From contig CAYLSW010000001.1 in NCBI GenBank assembly GCA_964386145.1, positions 1 through 35,153 on the forward strand: a stretch of DNA of 35,153 nucleotides, read 5' to 3'. This DNA comes from an uncultured Lentimicrobiaceae bacterium. Lineage in GTDB: Bacteria > Bacteroidota > Bacteroidia > Bacteroidales > F082. The translations under genes were made by a program, and so were the position numbers. Position 1 is the first letter of the stretch. Every line of letters begins with the position of its first letter. The notes under the pieces were generated by a model. It had not been told where the DNA came from, ran no database searches, and saw nothing but the letters and a program-made list of their open reading frames with translations. Shown here in pieces: positions 26,904 through 35,069 of the stretch.

Positions 26904-27806
26904 ATGAAAACAACCCTGACAAAAGCAGTCGCTGTTAACCATTGGCAGGCCTTGCGCATTGACCCGCAAAAGTTAAAAGCTGACGCAGAAAATCTGCATC
27001 AGGCCATACAACTTGTTGCTATGGCAGGCAAATATTTCATCCCCGAAACTGCCGACGACAGCCACACTGCCTCTATCTGGATAGTAGACAAAGAGCTGCA
27101 ACACGGCGGTCGCATACATGGTGAAAAACAGGATTTCATGGTAGGGCTCAGCTATCCGGATTTTGCACTTCAGCTGCTCACAACGGATTTGGAGATAATG
27201 TCAGCATTTCCCCTGAACGGGAAAACATTTGCAGAAGCCTTTCAATGGCTGAGGAACCAGTTAAAAATGCAGGAATTGGATGCCGCTAAGCTACTGCCCA
27301 AAATGCATTTCGACATACCCGATCATGCTATCAAACACGGAAAGCCCTTCCGGGTAGAAAACTTTGAGTATATGCAAGAGTTGGCGCACCACCGAACCAA
27401 CGGGCATATACTACATCGATACTTTCGGCAACTGCTGCATCGCGACGAAGAAATTCTCATCTGGCCTCACCATTTCGATGAAGGACTGTATCTTCCATTT
27501 ACTTTTGAAGGTGAAACGCCAACGACCTCCGTTAGTTTCGGCCTGGCCATGCCCGACTTTTACTATCCTGAACCTTATTTCTACATAACCGCTTTTCCCC
27601 AAGCGGAGAAGACAGCCCGGAAAGATGTAAATATCGCCTCTCCTGGGCATTGGCACCGGCAGGATTGGCTGGGACAAGTGTTGGAAACGCATTTTATCAT
27701 TCAGGCCGGCACAACAGCTTCCGAACAGGCCGGGCTTGCACTGAATTTTCTTTATCAGGCCATAAACAATGCGCTAAAAATAGTTGGTAACGACCGGGAA
27801 ATTTAA
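26904..27806 (+). CDS. Hypothetical protein, DUF5996-like
   Basis: LHQAIQLV...DDSHT...W, IWPHHFD, GLAMPD...EPYFY...P, resembling the DUF5996 pattern from memory; the assignment is tentative. Confidence 0.55.
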   Translation: MKTTLTKAVAVNHWQALRIDPQKLKADAENLHQAIQLVAMAGKYFIPETADDSHTASIWIVDKELQHGGRIHGEKQDFMVGLSYPDFALQLLTTDLEIMSAFPLNGKTFAEAFQWLRNQLKMQELDAAKLLPKMHFDIPDHAIKHGKPFRVENFEYMQELAHHRTNGHILHRYFRQLLHRDEEILIWPHHFDEGLYLPFTFEGETPTTSVSFGLAMPDFYYPEPYFYITAFPQAEKTARKDVNIASPGHWHRQDWLGQVLETHFIIQAGTTASEQAGLALNFLYQAINNALKIVGNDREI

Positions 27807-27817
27807 AACTAAAAAAA

Positions 27818-28210
27818 ATGGAACTGACTTTAATTCTGGCACCACTAAGTTTTCTTTCGGGTATTGGTCTGATTATTCTTTCCACCTCACGGCGCTACAT
27901 CGAACTGATTCGACAATTGCAACACATCATTGAAGGTGACATCAAATGTTCCGGCGAATTCATGGTTTTGCAAAAAAAACGTATTTGGATGTTTAAATGG
28001 TCTCTAAGCCTGCTTTATCTCTGTGTGGGCTTTGTACTCGTGGGCAGCCTGGCAGGAGGGATCAGCCTCGGGGGGATCACTTTTACCACTCCCCTGCTCT
28101 ATGGTGCAGTGATTCTCTCCGTCATAAGTGCGCTGGCTGCCATTATTATCCTGATAAAAGAGTCGTTTGTCTCGGCAAGTCTCATCAACGAACAACTGAA
28201 AGAAACCTGA
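27818..28210 (+). CDS. Small three-TM membrane protein, DUF2721-like
   Basis: P..FLSGIGLIILSTSRRY, a charged linker with KRI, two further TM helices ending in KE..S. Confidence 0.65.
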   Translation: MELTLILAPLSFLSGIGLIILSTSRRYIELIRQLQHIIEGDIKCSGEFMVLQKKRIWMFKWSLSLLYLCVGFVLVGSLAGGISLGGITFTTPLLYGAVILSVISALAAIIILIKESFVSASLINEQLKET

Positions 28211-28324
28211 AAATACCTGTCTGCACCGAACTACCTGTATGTGGAAAGTATCAATACATAAAGTTATAAATTCGTAAGCAAATCATAACTCATCTCGATC
28301 CCTATAAAAATTAAAGTATTTCTT

Positions 28325-28810
28325 TTATTCTTCAAAAAACTTCTCATAATCAGGATAGTGCAGCCGATTTACCGCCACTTCGTGAGAAAAAGTAAAATAG
28401 ACAATGTCACTTTCGGCACACAATTCATTCTCGGGGCCGAACAATTCCACATGTATATTTGCAAGATTACGATGTTGGTCTGTCAGCTTTGCTCTGAGTC
28501 TGATAATACCTTTATCAGTGGAAACAGGCTTTTTATAATGAATATTCATTGTTGAGGTAACACCAGCTGTTTTTAACTTTATCTGCACCAGCCACGAAGC
28601 AATTTCATCCATCAGAGTTGCCTGGATACCCCCGTGAAGTACGTTATAATATCCCTGAAAATAGTCTTTTGGCTCCCATTCAGAAATCATGTATTCACCA
28701 TCCTCCGCAAAAACCATTTGCAGACCATTGAGGTTATGGGGTGAGCAGCCAAAACACTGGTAGCCCTTCATTTTTTTATACGGATTGCTGATTTTTTTCA
28801 TTACTTTCAT
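28325..28810 (-). CDS. PaaI family (hotdog-fold) thioesterase
   Basis: CFGCSPHN..GL, QGY.NVLHGGIQATLMDE, YKKPV. Confidence 0.9.
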   Translation of the reverse strand: MKVMKKISNPYKKMKGYQCFGCSPHNLNGLQMVFAEDGEYMISEWEPKDYFQGYYNVLHGGIQATLMDEIASWLVQIKLKTAGVTSTMNIHYKKPVSTDKGIIRLRAKLTDQHRNLANIHVELFGPENELCAESDIVYFTFSHEVAVNRLHYPDYEKFFEE

Positions 28811-28871
28811 TATTAATTTACCACTATTATGACTGCTTCACAGTGCCATAGACTGATTATAGGGTACGGGA

Positions 28872-28902
28872 CAAAATTAATACTTTCTTGTACAAGCACA
28901 AA
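28872..28902 (-). promoter_or_regulatory. Bacteroidota housekeeping-sigma promoter for the PaaI gene
   Basis: On the minus strand: TTTG (28902-28899), a 19-nt spacer, then TAATTTTG (28879-28872); a consensus match. Confidence 0.7.
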
Positions 28903-28937
28903 AAAAACAGGCCGGAAGTTTTTACCTTACCGACCCG
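28900..28937 (-). terminator. Intrinsic terminator of the candidate sRNA
   Basis: Minus strand CGGGUCGG-U-AAG-(GUAAAAA)-CUU-CCGGCCUG followed by U8; two G-U pairs form only on this strand. Confidence 0.75.
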
Positions 28938-28989
28938 AATCAACCAAAATCAATCTTTTCAAATTTACACCGGCCAAAGTGTAAATAGT
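28900..28989 (-). ncRNA. Candidate sigma-54-dependent small RNA (~90 nt)
   Basis: Lies between a -24/-12 promoter and an intrinsic terminator; 5' hairpin AUUUACAC/GUGUAAAU, a U-rich linker and a 3' terminator; no AUG within it. Confidence 0.6.
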
Positions 28990-28999
28990 TTTATTGACT

Positions 29000-29015
29000 A
29001 GCAAGATATATGCCA
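29000..29015 (-). promoter_or_regulatory. Sigma-54 (RpoN) -24/-12 promoter
   Basis: Minus strand TGGCATATATCTTGCT against the consensus TGGCAC-N5-TTGCW, with exact GG-N10-GC spacing. Confidence 0.7.
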
Positions 29016-29211
29016 CTAATTACAATCTTTTGAAAACAAACTTTCTATAAATACATTTAGCAAAATGAAGCATCAAAACAAGAATCTGTTTAACTGAATC
29101 CGTAGAAAAAAAGAAATAATTTCCACATTCGTAATCTGTACCGGAAGTAACATCAAGATTTATGATAAAAAACGAGATATGATATCTTCCAAAATCCTGA
29201 ATAGCAAGTTA

Positions 29212-29252
29212 TTTTTCCCAAAACAGGACTGTCCTTCCCGTTTTGGGAAAAA
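29212..29252. promoter_or_regulatory. Inverted repeat / tandem candidate activator-binding sites
   Basis: Perfect 13-bp inverted repeat TTTTTCCCAAAAC-N15-GTTTTGGGAAAAA, containing two dyads TCCCAAAACAGGA and TCCCGTTTTGGGA 20 bp apart. Confidence 0.5.
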
Positions 29253-29376
29253 TCAGGAAACTATTACAACGCCTAAGTTTAAGCATACCAATGTTTTCCA
29301 TTTATTTGTAGTGGTGCGGTTTAATTATTGCTATATTTGCTTATAAAAGATCGCTATTTATTAAAGTAATAAAACA

Positions 29377-31254
29377 ATGAAAACGAAAAAAATTATCCTC
29401 ATAGCAGCACTGTTGTTGATGGCAGGACTTGTATTTCAGTCATGCAACAAAGGCCCTGAGCCCGTCAATGGGTCTCCGATGGACAATTTAAAAGTTCCGG
29501 ATGGATTTAAGTTTGAATCAACACGTATAGAAGACATTACCATCAATATGCCTTCCACTGTTGATTTCAGTAATGACAAAAGCCGCTTCAACATTTACAC
29601 AGATGACCCGACCAAAGGCGGAAAGTTTATTACGGCTGGCAGCTTTGACAAAAACGGTCAGTGGTCAGGTAAAATTCGTATTCCTACTGCATTGGATTCC
29701 ATTTTTGTTCAAAGCATTGCAGGCAGCCGGAAAGTCGGATTGAATGAGCAAAGCGTAAAAAGCAGCGGTGTTATCATTAATTTTGGAGATAATTATGGAA
29801 CAACCCCGCCCGACACCATTCCCACGCAAACAAAATCGGCTTACTTCTCTCATCACAGCGCTGGAAAGTACAAAGCTATGCGTATTAACAACCTGGTGCA
29901 GAATGCTGATTTCGAGAGCAATGACTTTGGTACTATCCCCGGCTGGTCCAGCTACCATCCGGTAGATGGAAAATGGTACTTCACCAATTATTATAACCAG
30001 AAAATGGAATGGCATAACGATGGCGGAAATCACGTTATTCGTACACCCTTACAAAACAGCAGAATCTATTTTGGCGGTGCTTCCCAGATGGTTGCAGCCA
30101 ATCCGGGCGACCTCATTACGTTTTCGGCAGACATTAAATCAACAGGAAACACAAGGACTTTATACTCCTGGCTATACCTCATTCCCAAAAATGCCGCCAA
30201 CCAGCCATTGGCTTATTACTGGGTATTTTACAGATATCCTTCTCACAGCTGGACAACAAAAACCATTGCTGCTACCATGCCCGCCGGAACGGTAAAAGTT
30301 CAGGCTCTTTTCTGGAACTGGGATTACGACAGAAATTCTTCCATCTATTATGATAACGCAGTGGTAACCGGCCCTATAAAAGATTCAGATGGCGATGGTG
30401 TAGATGATGATATGGACGATTATCCCAACGATGCTTCCCGTGCTTTCAACGTATATTACCCCAACCAGAGCGACTGGGGAACAGTCGTATTTGAAGATTT
30501 GTGGCCTGGGAAAGGCGACTATGACTTTAACGATCTGGTTTTGGATTATCATTTTAAATCAGTTTTGAACTCCTCAAATCAGCTGGTTGAATTTTTTACC
30601 GACTACTCCGTACGCGCTGTCGGTGCCAGCCTGAAAAACGGATTTGGCTTTATGCTCGGCGGTGACCCGGCCAACGTAGCTTCTGTAACCGGTACCCACT
30701 ACACCGAAAACTACATCCACACAAACGCAAACGGTACCGAGCAGGGACAAACCAACACCGTCGTTATTCTGTTTGACAACGCTTTCAGAAATATCGGTAA
30801 TTCAGGATCTGCTTTTATCAACACCAAAGAAAACGTCGCTTATGTTAATCCCGACACCAGCCAGCTACATGTTCTTTATTCTACTCCCGTATCTGTAAAC
30901 ACAACCGGGACAGCACCCTACAATCCTTTCTTGATTGTCAATGGAGAACGGGGAAAAGAGGTTCATCTCGCCGGACAGAAGCCTACTGATTTGGTTAACA
31001 ATTCCTATTTTGGTACTTACGCTGATGCTACAGACCCCGTTACCGGAAAATATTACCAGACCAAAAACAACCTGCCCTGGGGACTTGACCTGCCCGTTTC
31101 CTTTGCCTATCCGGTGGAACAGGTTAACATTCTCAGCGCCTACAATTATTTCGGTCAGTGGGCCGAATCGGGCGGAACCGATTACCCCGATTGGTATATG
31201 GATAAACAGGGCTACCGTGTAAGTTCCAATATTTATACACCACCTGCAAAATAA
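29377..31254 (+). CDS. LruC/DUF4842-domain lipoprotein with a CBM-like jelly-roll insert and a Ca-binding acidic motif
   Basis: Lipoprotein signal ending FQSC; VPDGFKF; NLVQNADFE...YYDNAVV (CBM4/9-like); DSDGDGVDDDMDDYPND; FEDLWP..GDYDFNDLV; EVHL; LPWGL; FGQWAESGG...DWY. Upstream TATATTTG box at 29332-29339. Confidence 0.85.
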   Translation: MKTKKIILIAALLLMAGLVFQSCNKGPEPVNGSPMDNLKVPDGFKFESTRIEDITINMPSTVDFSNDKSRFNIYTDDPTKGGKFITAGSFDKNGQWSGKIRIPTALDSIFVQSIAGSRKVGLNEQSVKSSGVIINFGDNYGTTPPDTIPTQTKSAYFSHHSAGKYKAMRINNLVQNADFESNDFGTIPGWSSYHPVDGKWYFTNYYNQKMEWHNDGGNHVIRTPLQNSRIYFGGASQMVAANPGDLITFSADIKSTGNTRTLYSWLYLIPKNAANQPLAYYWVFYRYPSHSWTTKTIAATMPAGTVKVQALFWNWDYDRNSSIYYDNAVVTGPIKDSDGDGVDDDMDDYPNDASRAFNVYYPNQSDWGTVVFEDLWPGKGDYDFNDLVLDYHFKSVLNSSNQLVEFFTDYSVRAVGASLKNGFGFMLGGDPANVASVTGTHYTENYIHTNANGTEQGQTNTVVILFDNAFRNIGNSGSAFINTKENVAYVNPDTSQLHVLYSTPVSVNTTGTAPYNPFLIVNGERGKEVHLAGQKPTDLVNNSYFGTYADATDPVTGKYYQTKNNLPWGLDLPVSFAYPVEQVNILSAYNYFGQWAESGGTDYPDWYMDKQGYRVSSNIYTPPAK

Positions 31255-31387
31255 CAATAGTTCGGTAATTTTTCGTTCTCGCAAAGACGCCAAGACGCGA
31301 ATACTTGTTTCACAATAAGTTACACTTATTGTGAAACAAGTACAACTGATTGAAAATCAGGTTAATAAAATTATTACCGGAGTATTG
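31255..31387. repeat. Miniature inverted-repeat element enclosing a perfect 19-bp palindrome
   Basis: Ends CAATAGTTCGGTAAT / ATTACCGGAGTATTG (13/15 inverted match); internal TACTTGTTTCACAATAAGT-TAC-ACTTATTGTGAAACAAGTA (31302-31342). Confidence 0.6.
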
Positions 31388-31414
31388 AAATAAAGTAGTT
31401 TGTTTTCATTGTTT

Positions 31415-31449
31415 AAAAGCCTGTTCTGTAGAATAGAACAGGCTTTTTT
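31415..31449. terminator. Bidirectional intrinsic terminator
   Basis: AAAAGCCTGTTCT-N7-AGAACAGGCTTTTTT between convergent genes. Confidence 0.8.
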
Positions 31450-31495
31450 GTGTGTTATAACAGAATGTATATCCGCATGATTTCGGTAAACCCGC

Positions 31496-32818
31496 TTACT
31501 TTACTATGGGATGATCTTGATGAAACTGTGCCAGCCGCTCATTCAACAAAGGAAGTTGCTCATGTTTTACCAGAGACGTGCAAGCCCTGATACCCTCTTT
31601 GTGCTCGCTTCCGGTAATCAGAAGAGAAATAGCGCTGATGCCATAAAATGCTAACTCATGCAACAATGTTTCCGCATCAAGTCCGGGATAAGAGAATGTA
31701 AAATAAAAACCATCGGCTATTGGCTGGTCAATATCTGTATCATAAACGATATTGAAGCCATTATCCAAAAACATTTTTTTCATCTCCATTGCCTTTACAC
31801 CGTAATCTTTTACATACTCAACAAAGTTAAACCTACCTTCATTGGCGGCTTTCAATACAGCTGTAATGGCATACTGTGCCGAATGTGAAGTTCCGGAGCT
31901 TAGCGGATAGAGTGTTTCGTAAATCAGCGAATAGCCCAGATTATCCGTAGTATAATAACGGAGAAGGTCAGGCAGGCTCATGGTAAATAAATGGTCGGAG
32001 ATGGCCATCATCCCGATACGCTCACCGGCATAGCTGAAAATTTTAGAACTGGAAACAAACAAAATATAATTTTTTGAATATCTGGCCACAGAAGGCTGGT
32101 AAGGAGGTTTCCCGGGTTGAGAATAGTCTTTACGGAAGTCCATACCAAAATAAGCCAGGTCTTCCAGAATAGCCACATTGTATTTATCAGCCATTTCGCC
32201 AATAATTTGCAACTCTTCCTCAGTAAAACATATCCAGGACGGATTGTTGGGATTGGAATACAAGACTGAATGAAATCTTCCAGTTTTAAAATAGGATTCC
32301 AATTTGATTTTTAATTTTTTGCCACGGTAATTATACACATCGAAACTTTCGTAGCGAAGGTTCAGCACTTTGTGCTGCATTTTATGTACCGGAAAACCGG
32401 GATCAATAAAAAGTGTGGAATCCTGATGCCGGTTCGTGCGGCTCATGCATAAAAAAGCAGCAAATCCACCTTGCATGGAGCCAACAGTCGGGATACATCC
32501 CTCCGGATTCACCTGAACATCCATAAAGAGTTTCAAAAATCGCGAAAACTCTTCTTTCAGAACCTGTAAGCCCTGAATATTGGGATAAATTGCGGCAACC
32601 CCTTTCTTTAGGGCATCAATCTGTGCCTCAACACCAATTGGAACAGGAGGCAGCCCCGGAACTCCCATCTCCATACGGATAAATTCGTCACCGGTGGTCT
32701 TTTCAATTTCGTCCACCAGCCTTTTAATTTCACGGATGGTAGCTTTACCAATGGAATGGAGTCCGCTCTCTTTTAATTTTTGGTCAACAATGTGATAATT
32801 TATCGGAGTATTTTTCAT
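31496..32818 (-). CDS. PLP-dependent aminotransferase class I/II
   Basis: MEMGVPG, DPGFP, SNPNNPSW, EDLAY, SSSKIFSYAGERIG (PLP lysine). Upstream TAATTTTG box (32888-32895, minus strand). Confidence 0.9.
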   Translation of the reverse strand: MKNTPINYHIVDQKLKESGLHSIGKATIREIKRLVDEIEKTTGDEFIRMEMGVPGLPPVPIGVEAQIDALKKGVAAIYPNIQGLQVLKEEFSRFLKLFMDVQVNPEGCIPTVGSMQGGFAAFLCMSRTNRHQDSTLFIDPGFPVHKMQHKVLNLRYESFDVYNYRGKKLKIKLESYFKTGRFHSVLYSNPNNPSWICFTEEELQIIGEMADKYNVAILEDLAYFGMDFRKDYSQPGKPPYQPSVARYSKNYILFVSSSKIFSYAGERIGMMAISDHLFTMSLPDLLRYYTTDNLGYSLIYETLYPLSSGTSHSAQYAITAVLKAANEGRFNFVEYVKDYGVKAMEMKKMFLDNGFNIVYDTDIDQPIADGFYFTFSYPGLDAETLLHELAFYGISAISLLITGSEHKEGIRACTSLVKHEQLPLLNERLAQFHQDHPIVK

Positions 32819-33005
32819 AATTTGAGTATTAAAGCTGTAAAATCACATATCATTTCCAGCCCGAAAAGGCTGTTTTGAAATGCAGTCCAAAATTACGAAT
32901 AATTCCCTAAAAGAAAAAGGGCTTAGGGGAGTTGAAAACACTTCTTTGCTTGCAAAAGCCATCGAAAATCCGGAAGTCCCTAAGGTACTGAAAATGAAAT
33001 ACCAC

Positions 33006-35069
33006 CTATTTTGCAATCCTGATACGTGCATCCACAGCCACTACCTGTCGTGTATTTCCCAGCAGCGGATTCAAATCCATTTCGACAATTTCCGGGGCTA
33101 CCTTAACCAGCGCCGAGAGTTGCACTAAAACTCCGGCAAAAAGAGCTTCGTCGACGCCTTCCATTCCACGTACGCCCTGAATGATTTTGTAGCTTTTCAG
33201 CTTTTTCAATTCAGCGAGGGCTTTCTCTTTACCCAAAGGGGCCAGTGTGCTCCTCACATCTTGTAGCACTTCAATGAAAATGCCACCAAGACCAAACAAA
33301 ATCAAATGGCCGAATTTGTCCTCTTTTTTCACGCCTGCAAAAAGTTCCGTTCCGCTCAGCATAGGCTGTAACAGCACTCCTTTGGCCCCTTCTATCTGCA
33401 TCATGCGTTCCATTTCGCTCACCAGTTTTTCGTTAGTGAGAATGTTGAGGCTCACCCCCCCCACATCCGATTTGTGCAACGGCCCGACCACTTTCATCAC
33501 CAACGGAAAGCCAACTTCCTCTGCAAGTTTTACAATTTCATCTTTTTTCGAAGTGGTCAACTCTTTTGCTCTCGAAATACCGGCTGCATCCAACAACGCC
33601 GTTACTTTTTCGGGAGTAAGGTAGCCATCGGCAGCCTCCTCCACAATGGTACGGATTTGCTTAACATCCACGAAAGGCAGTTCAACTTTTTCAGGTGCTG
33701 GTTTTGGCGTATGATAAACCCTCGCCAGGGCTTCGCCAAGTATAACCTCGTCAGGGAAATAAACATTGCCCTTCTCCACAAAAGCTTTCACTTCTTTTTC
33801 GGCCGTTAAAAAGGAAGGCAAAACGGGAAAAACAGGTTTCTTGCTTGTTTTCATTTTCTTCTCAAGCAAATCATACACATCGTATATCTCAACTAAACCT
33901 GGTGTTCCGAAAATGACTACCATGGCATCGATTTCATCAAATTTATCGTTTACGTAGTCAATAATGATTCCCAGCTGCTCCGCCGTCCCTGTGGCAAGGA
34001 AATCGATGGGATTACCCACAGCCGAACCTGGGAACAATTTTGTTTTCAATACTTTAGCTTCTTTCCCCCGGATAGGTGGAACATTCAAGCCGCCGGAAGA
34101 TAGCTTATCGGTAAGCATGACAGCAGGACCACCGGCGTGGGTAATTACTGCAATATTATTACCCTGAAGTTCGGGATACATAAAAACCGAAGCCACGCTA
34201 ATCAGGTCTTCGCGGCCATAACAACGTACGATACCGGCTTTGCGGAAAAGAGCATCTACAGCAGTATCCGGACTGGCGAGGGCACCTGTGTGTGAAGAAG
34301 CAGCCCTGCTCCCGGCTTCCGAAGCACCGGCTTTTACAGCAGCAATCCGGCAACCTTTCCGGATGAGCGAAGCAGCATGTTTCAGCAACAAAGCGGGTTT
34401 ATCAATTCTTTCCAGGTACAACAACTTAACTTTAGGATCTTTTTCGGGATCAAAAGTCTCATCCATGTATTGCAGTACCTCTTCCACACCCATCTGAGCA
34501 GAGTTTCCCACAGAATAAATATTGTTGAATGAAAGGCCTTTGGGAATTCCAGCTTCCATGATAAAACATGCCGTGGCACCTGAACCGCTTATAAAATCAC
34601 ATCCTGTGGGGTCAAGTCTGGGAATAGGCATGGTGAAAACGCCATGGTACTGCGGTGTCATTACACCCACACAATTAGGTCCTATAAGTGAGCCACCAAC
34701 TTTGTTTACGGCTTTCACCATTCTGTCTTCCAGTAATTTACCCTCATGGCTTTCTTCACTGAATCCGGCAGACAGTACAATGAAAGCACGGGTATTTTTG
34801 TTTTGTGCTAAAATTTCAATTGTATCGGGTGTATATTTAGCAGCAATAGCCAGGATAGCCAGGTCCACATCAGGCAGGCCTTTGGGATCACGAAAACTTT
34901 TCACGCCCTGCACCTCATCTTCTTTAGGATTCAACACGTAAAGTTTGCCATTAAAATTACCATCCAGAAGATTTTTCAGAACCTTACCACCCGGTTTTTG
35001 AATATTATTTGAGCCACCCACAACCACAATGCTGCGGGGATGTATTAATTGTTCTGTAATCATGTCCAT
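33006..35069 (-). CDS. ADP-forming acetate/acyl-CoA ligase, fused alpha-beta subunits
   Basis: CoA-binding domain PRSIVVVGGS, SAGFSE, IGPNC, SVGN, ASSHTGALA (phospho-His), NPIDFL; ATP-grasp GFPLVMK..HKSDVGGV, FGLGGIFIE, EMDLNP. Confidence 0.92.
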   Translation of the reverse strand: MDMITEQLIHPRSIVVVGGSNNIQKPGGKVLKNLLDGNFNGKLYVLNPKEDEVQGVKSFRDPKGLPDVDLAILAIAAKYTPDTIEILAQNKNTRAFIVLSAGFSEESHEGKLLEDRMVKAVNKVGGSLIGPNCVGVMTPQYHGVFTMPIPRLDPTGCDFISGSGATACFIMEAGIPKGLSFNNIYSVGNSAQMGVEEVLQYMDETFDPEKDPKVKLLYLERIDKPALLLKHAASLIRKGCRIAAVKAGASEAGSRAASSHTGALASPDTAVDALFRKAGIVRCYGREDLISVASVFMYPELQGNNIAVITHAGGPAVMLTDKLSSGGLNVPPIRGKEAKVLKTKLFPGSAVGNPIDFLATGTAEQLGIIIDYVNDKFDEIDAMVVIFGTPGLVEIYDVYDLLEKKMKTSKKPVFPVLPSFLTAEKEVKAFVEKGNVYFPDEVILGEALARVYHTPKPAPEKVELPFVDVKQIRTIVEEAADGYLTPEKVTALLDAAGISRAKELTTSKKDEIVKLAEEVGFPLVMKVVGPLHKSDVGGVSLNILTNEKLVSEMERMMQIEGAKGVLLQPMLSGTELFAGVKKEDKFGHLILFGLGGIFIEVLQDVRSTLAPLGKEKALAELKKLKSYKIIQGVRGMEGVDEALFAGVLVQLSALVKVAPEIVEMDLNPLLGNTRQVVAVDARIRIAK

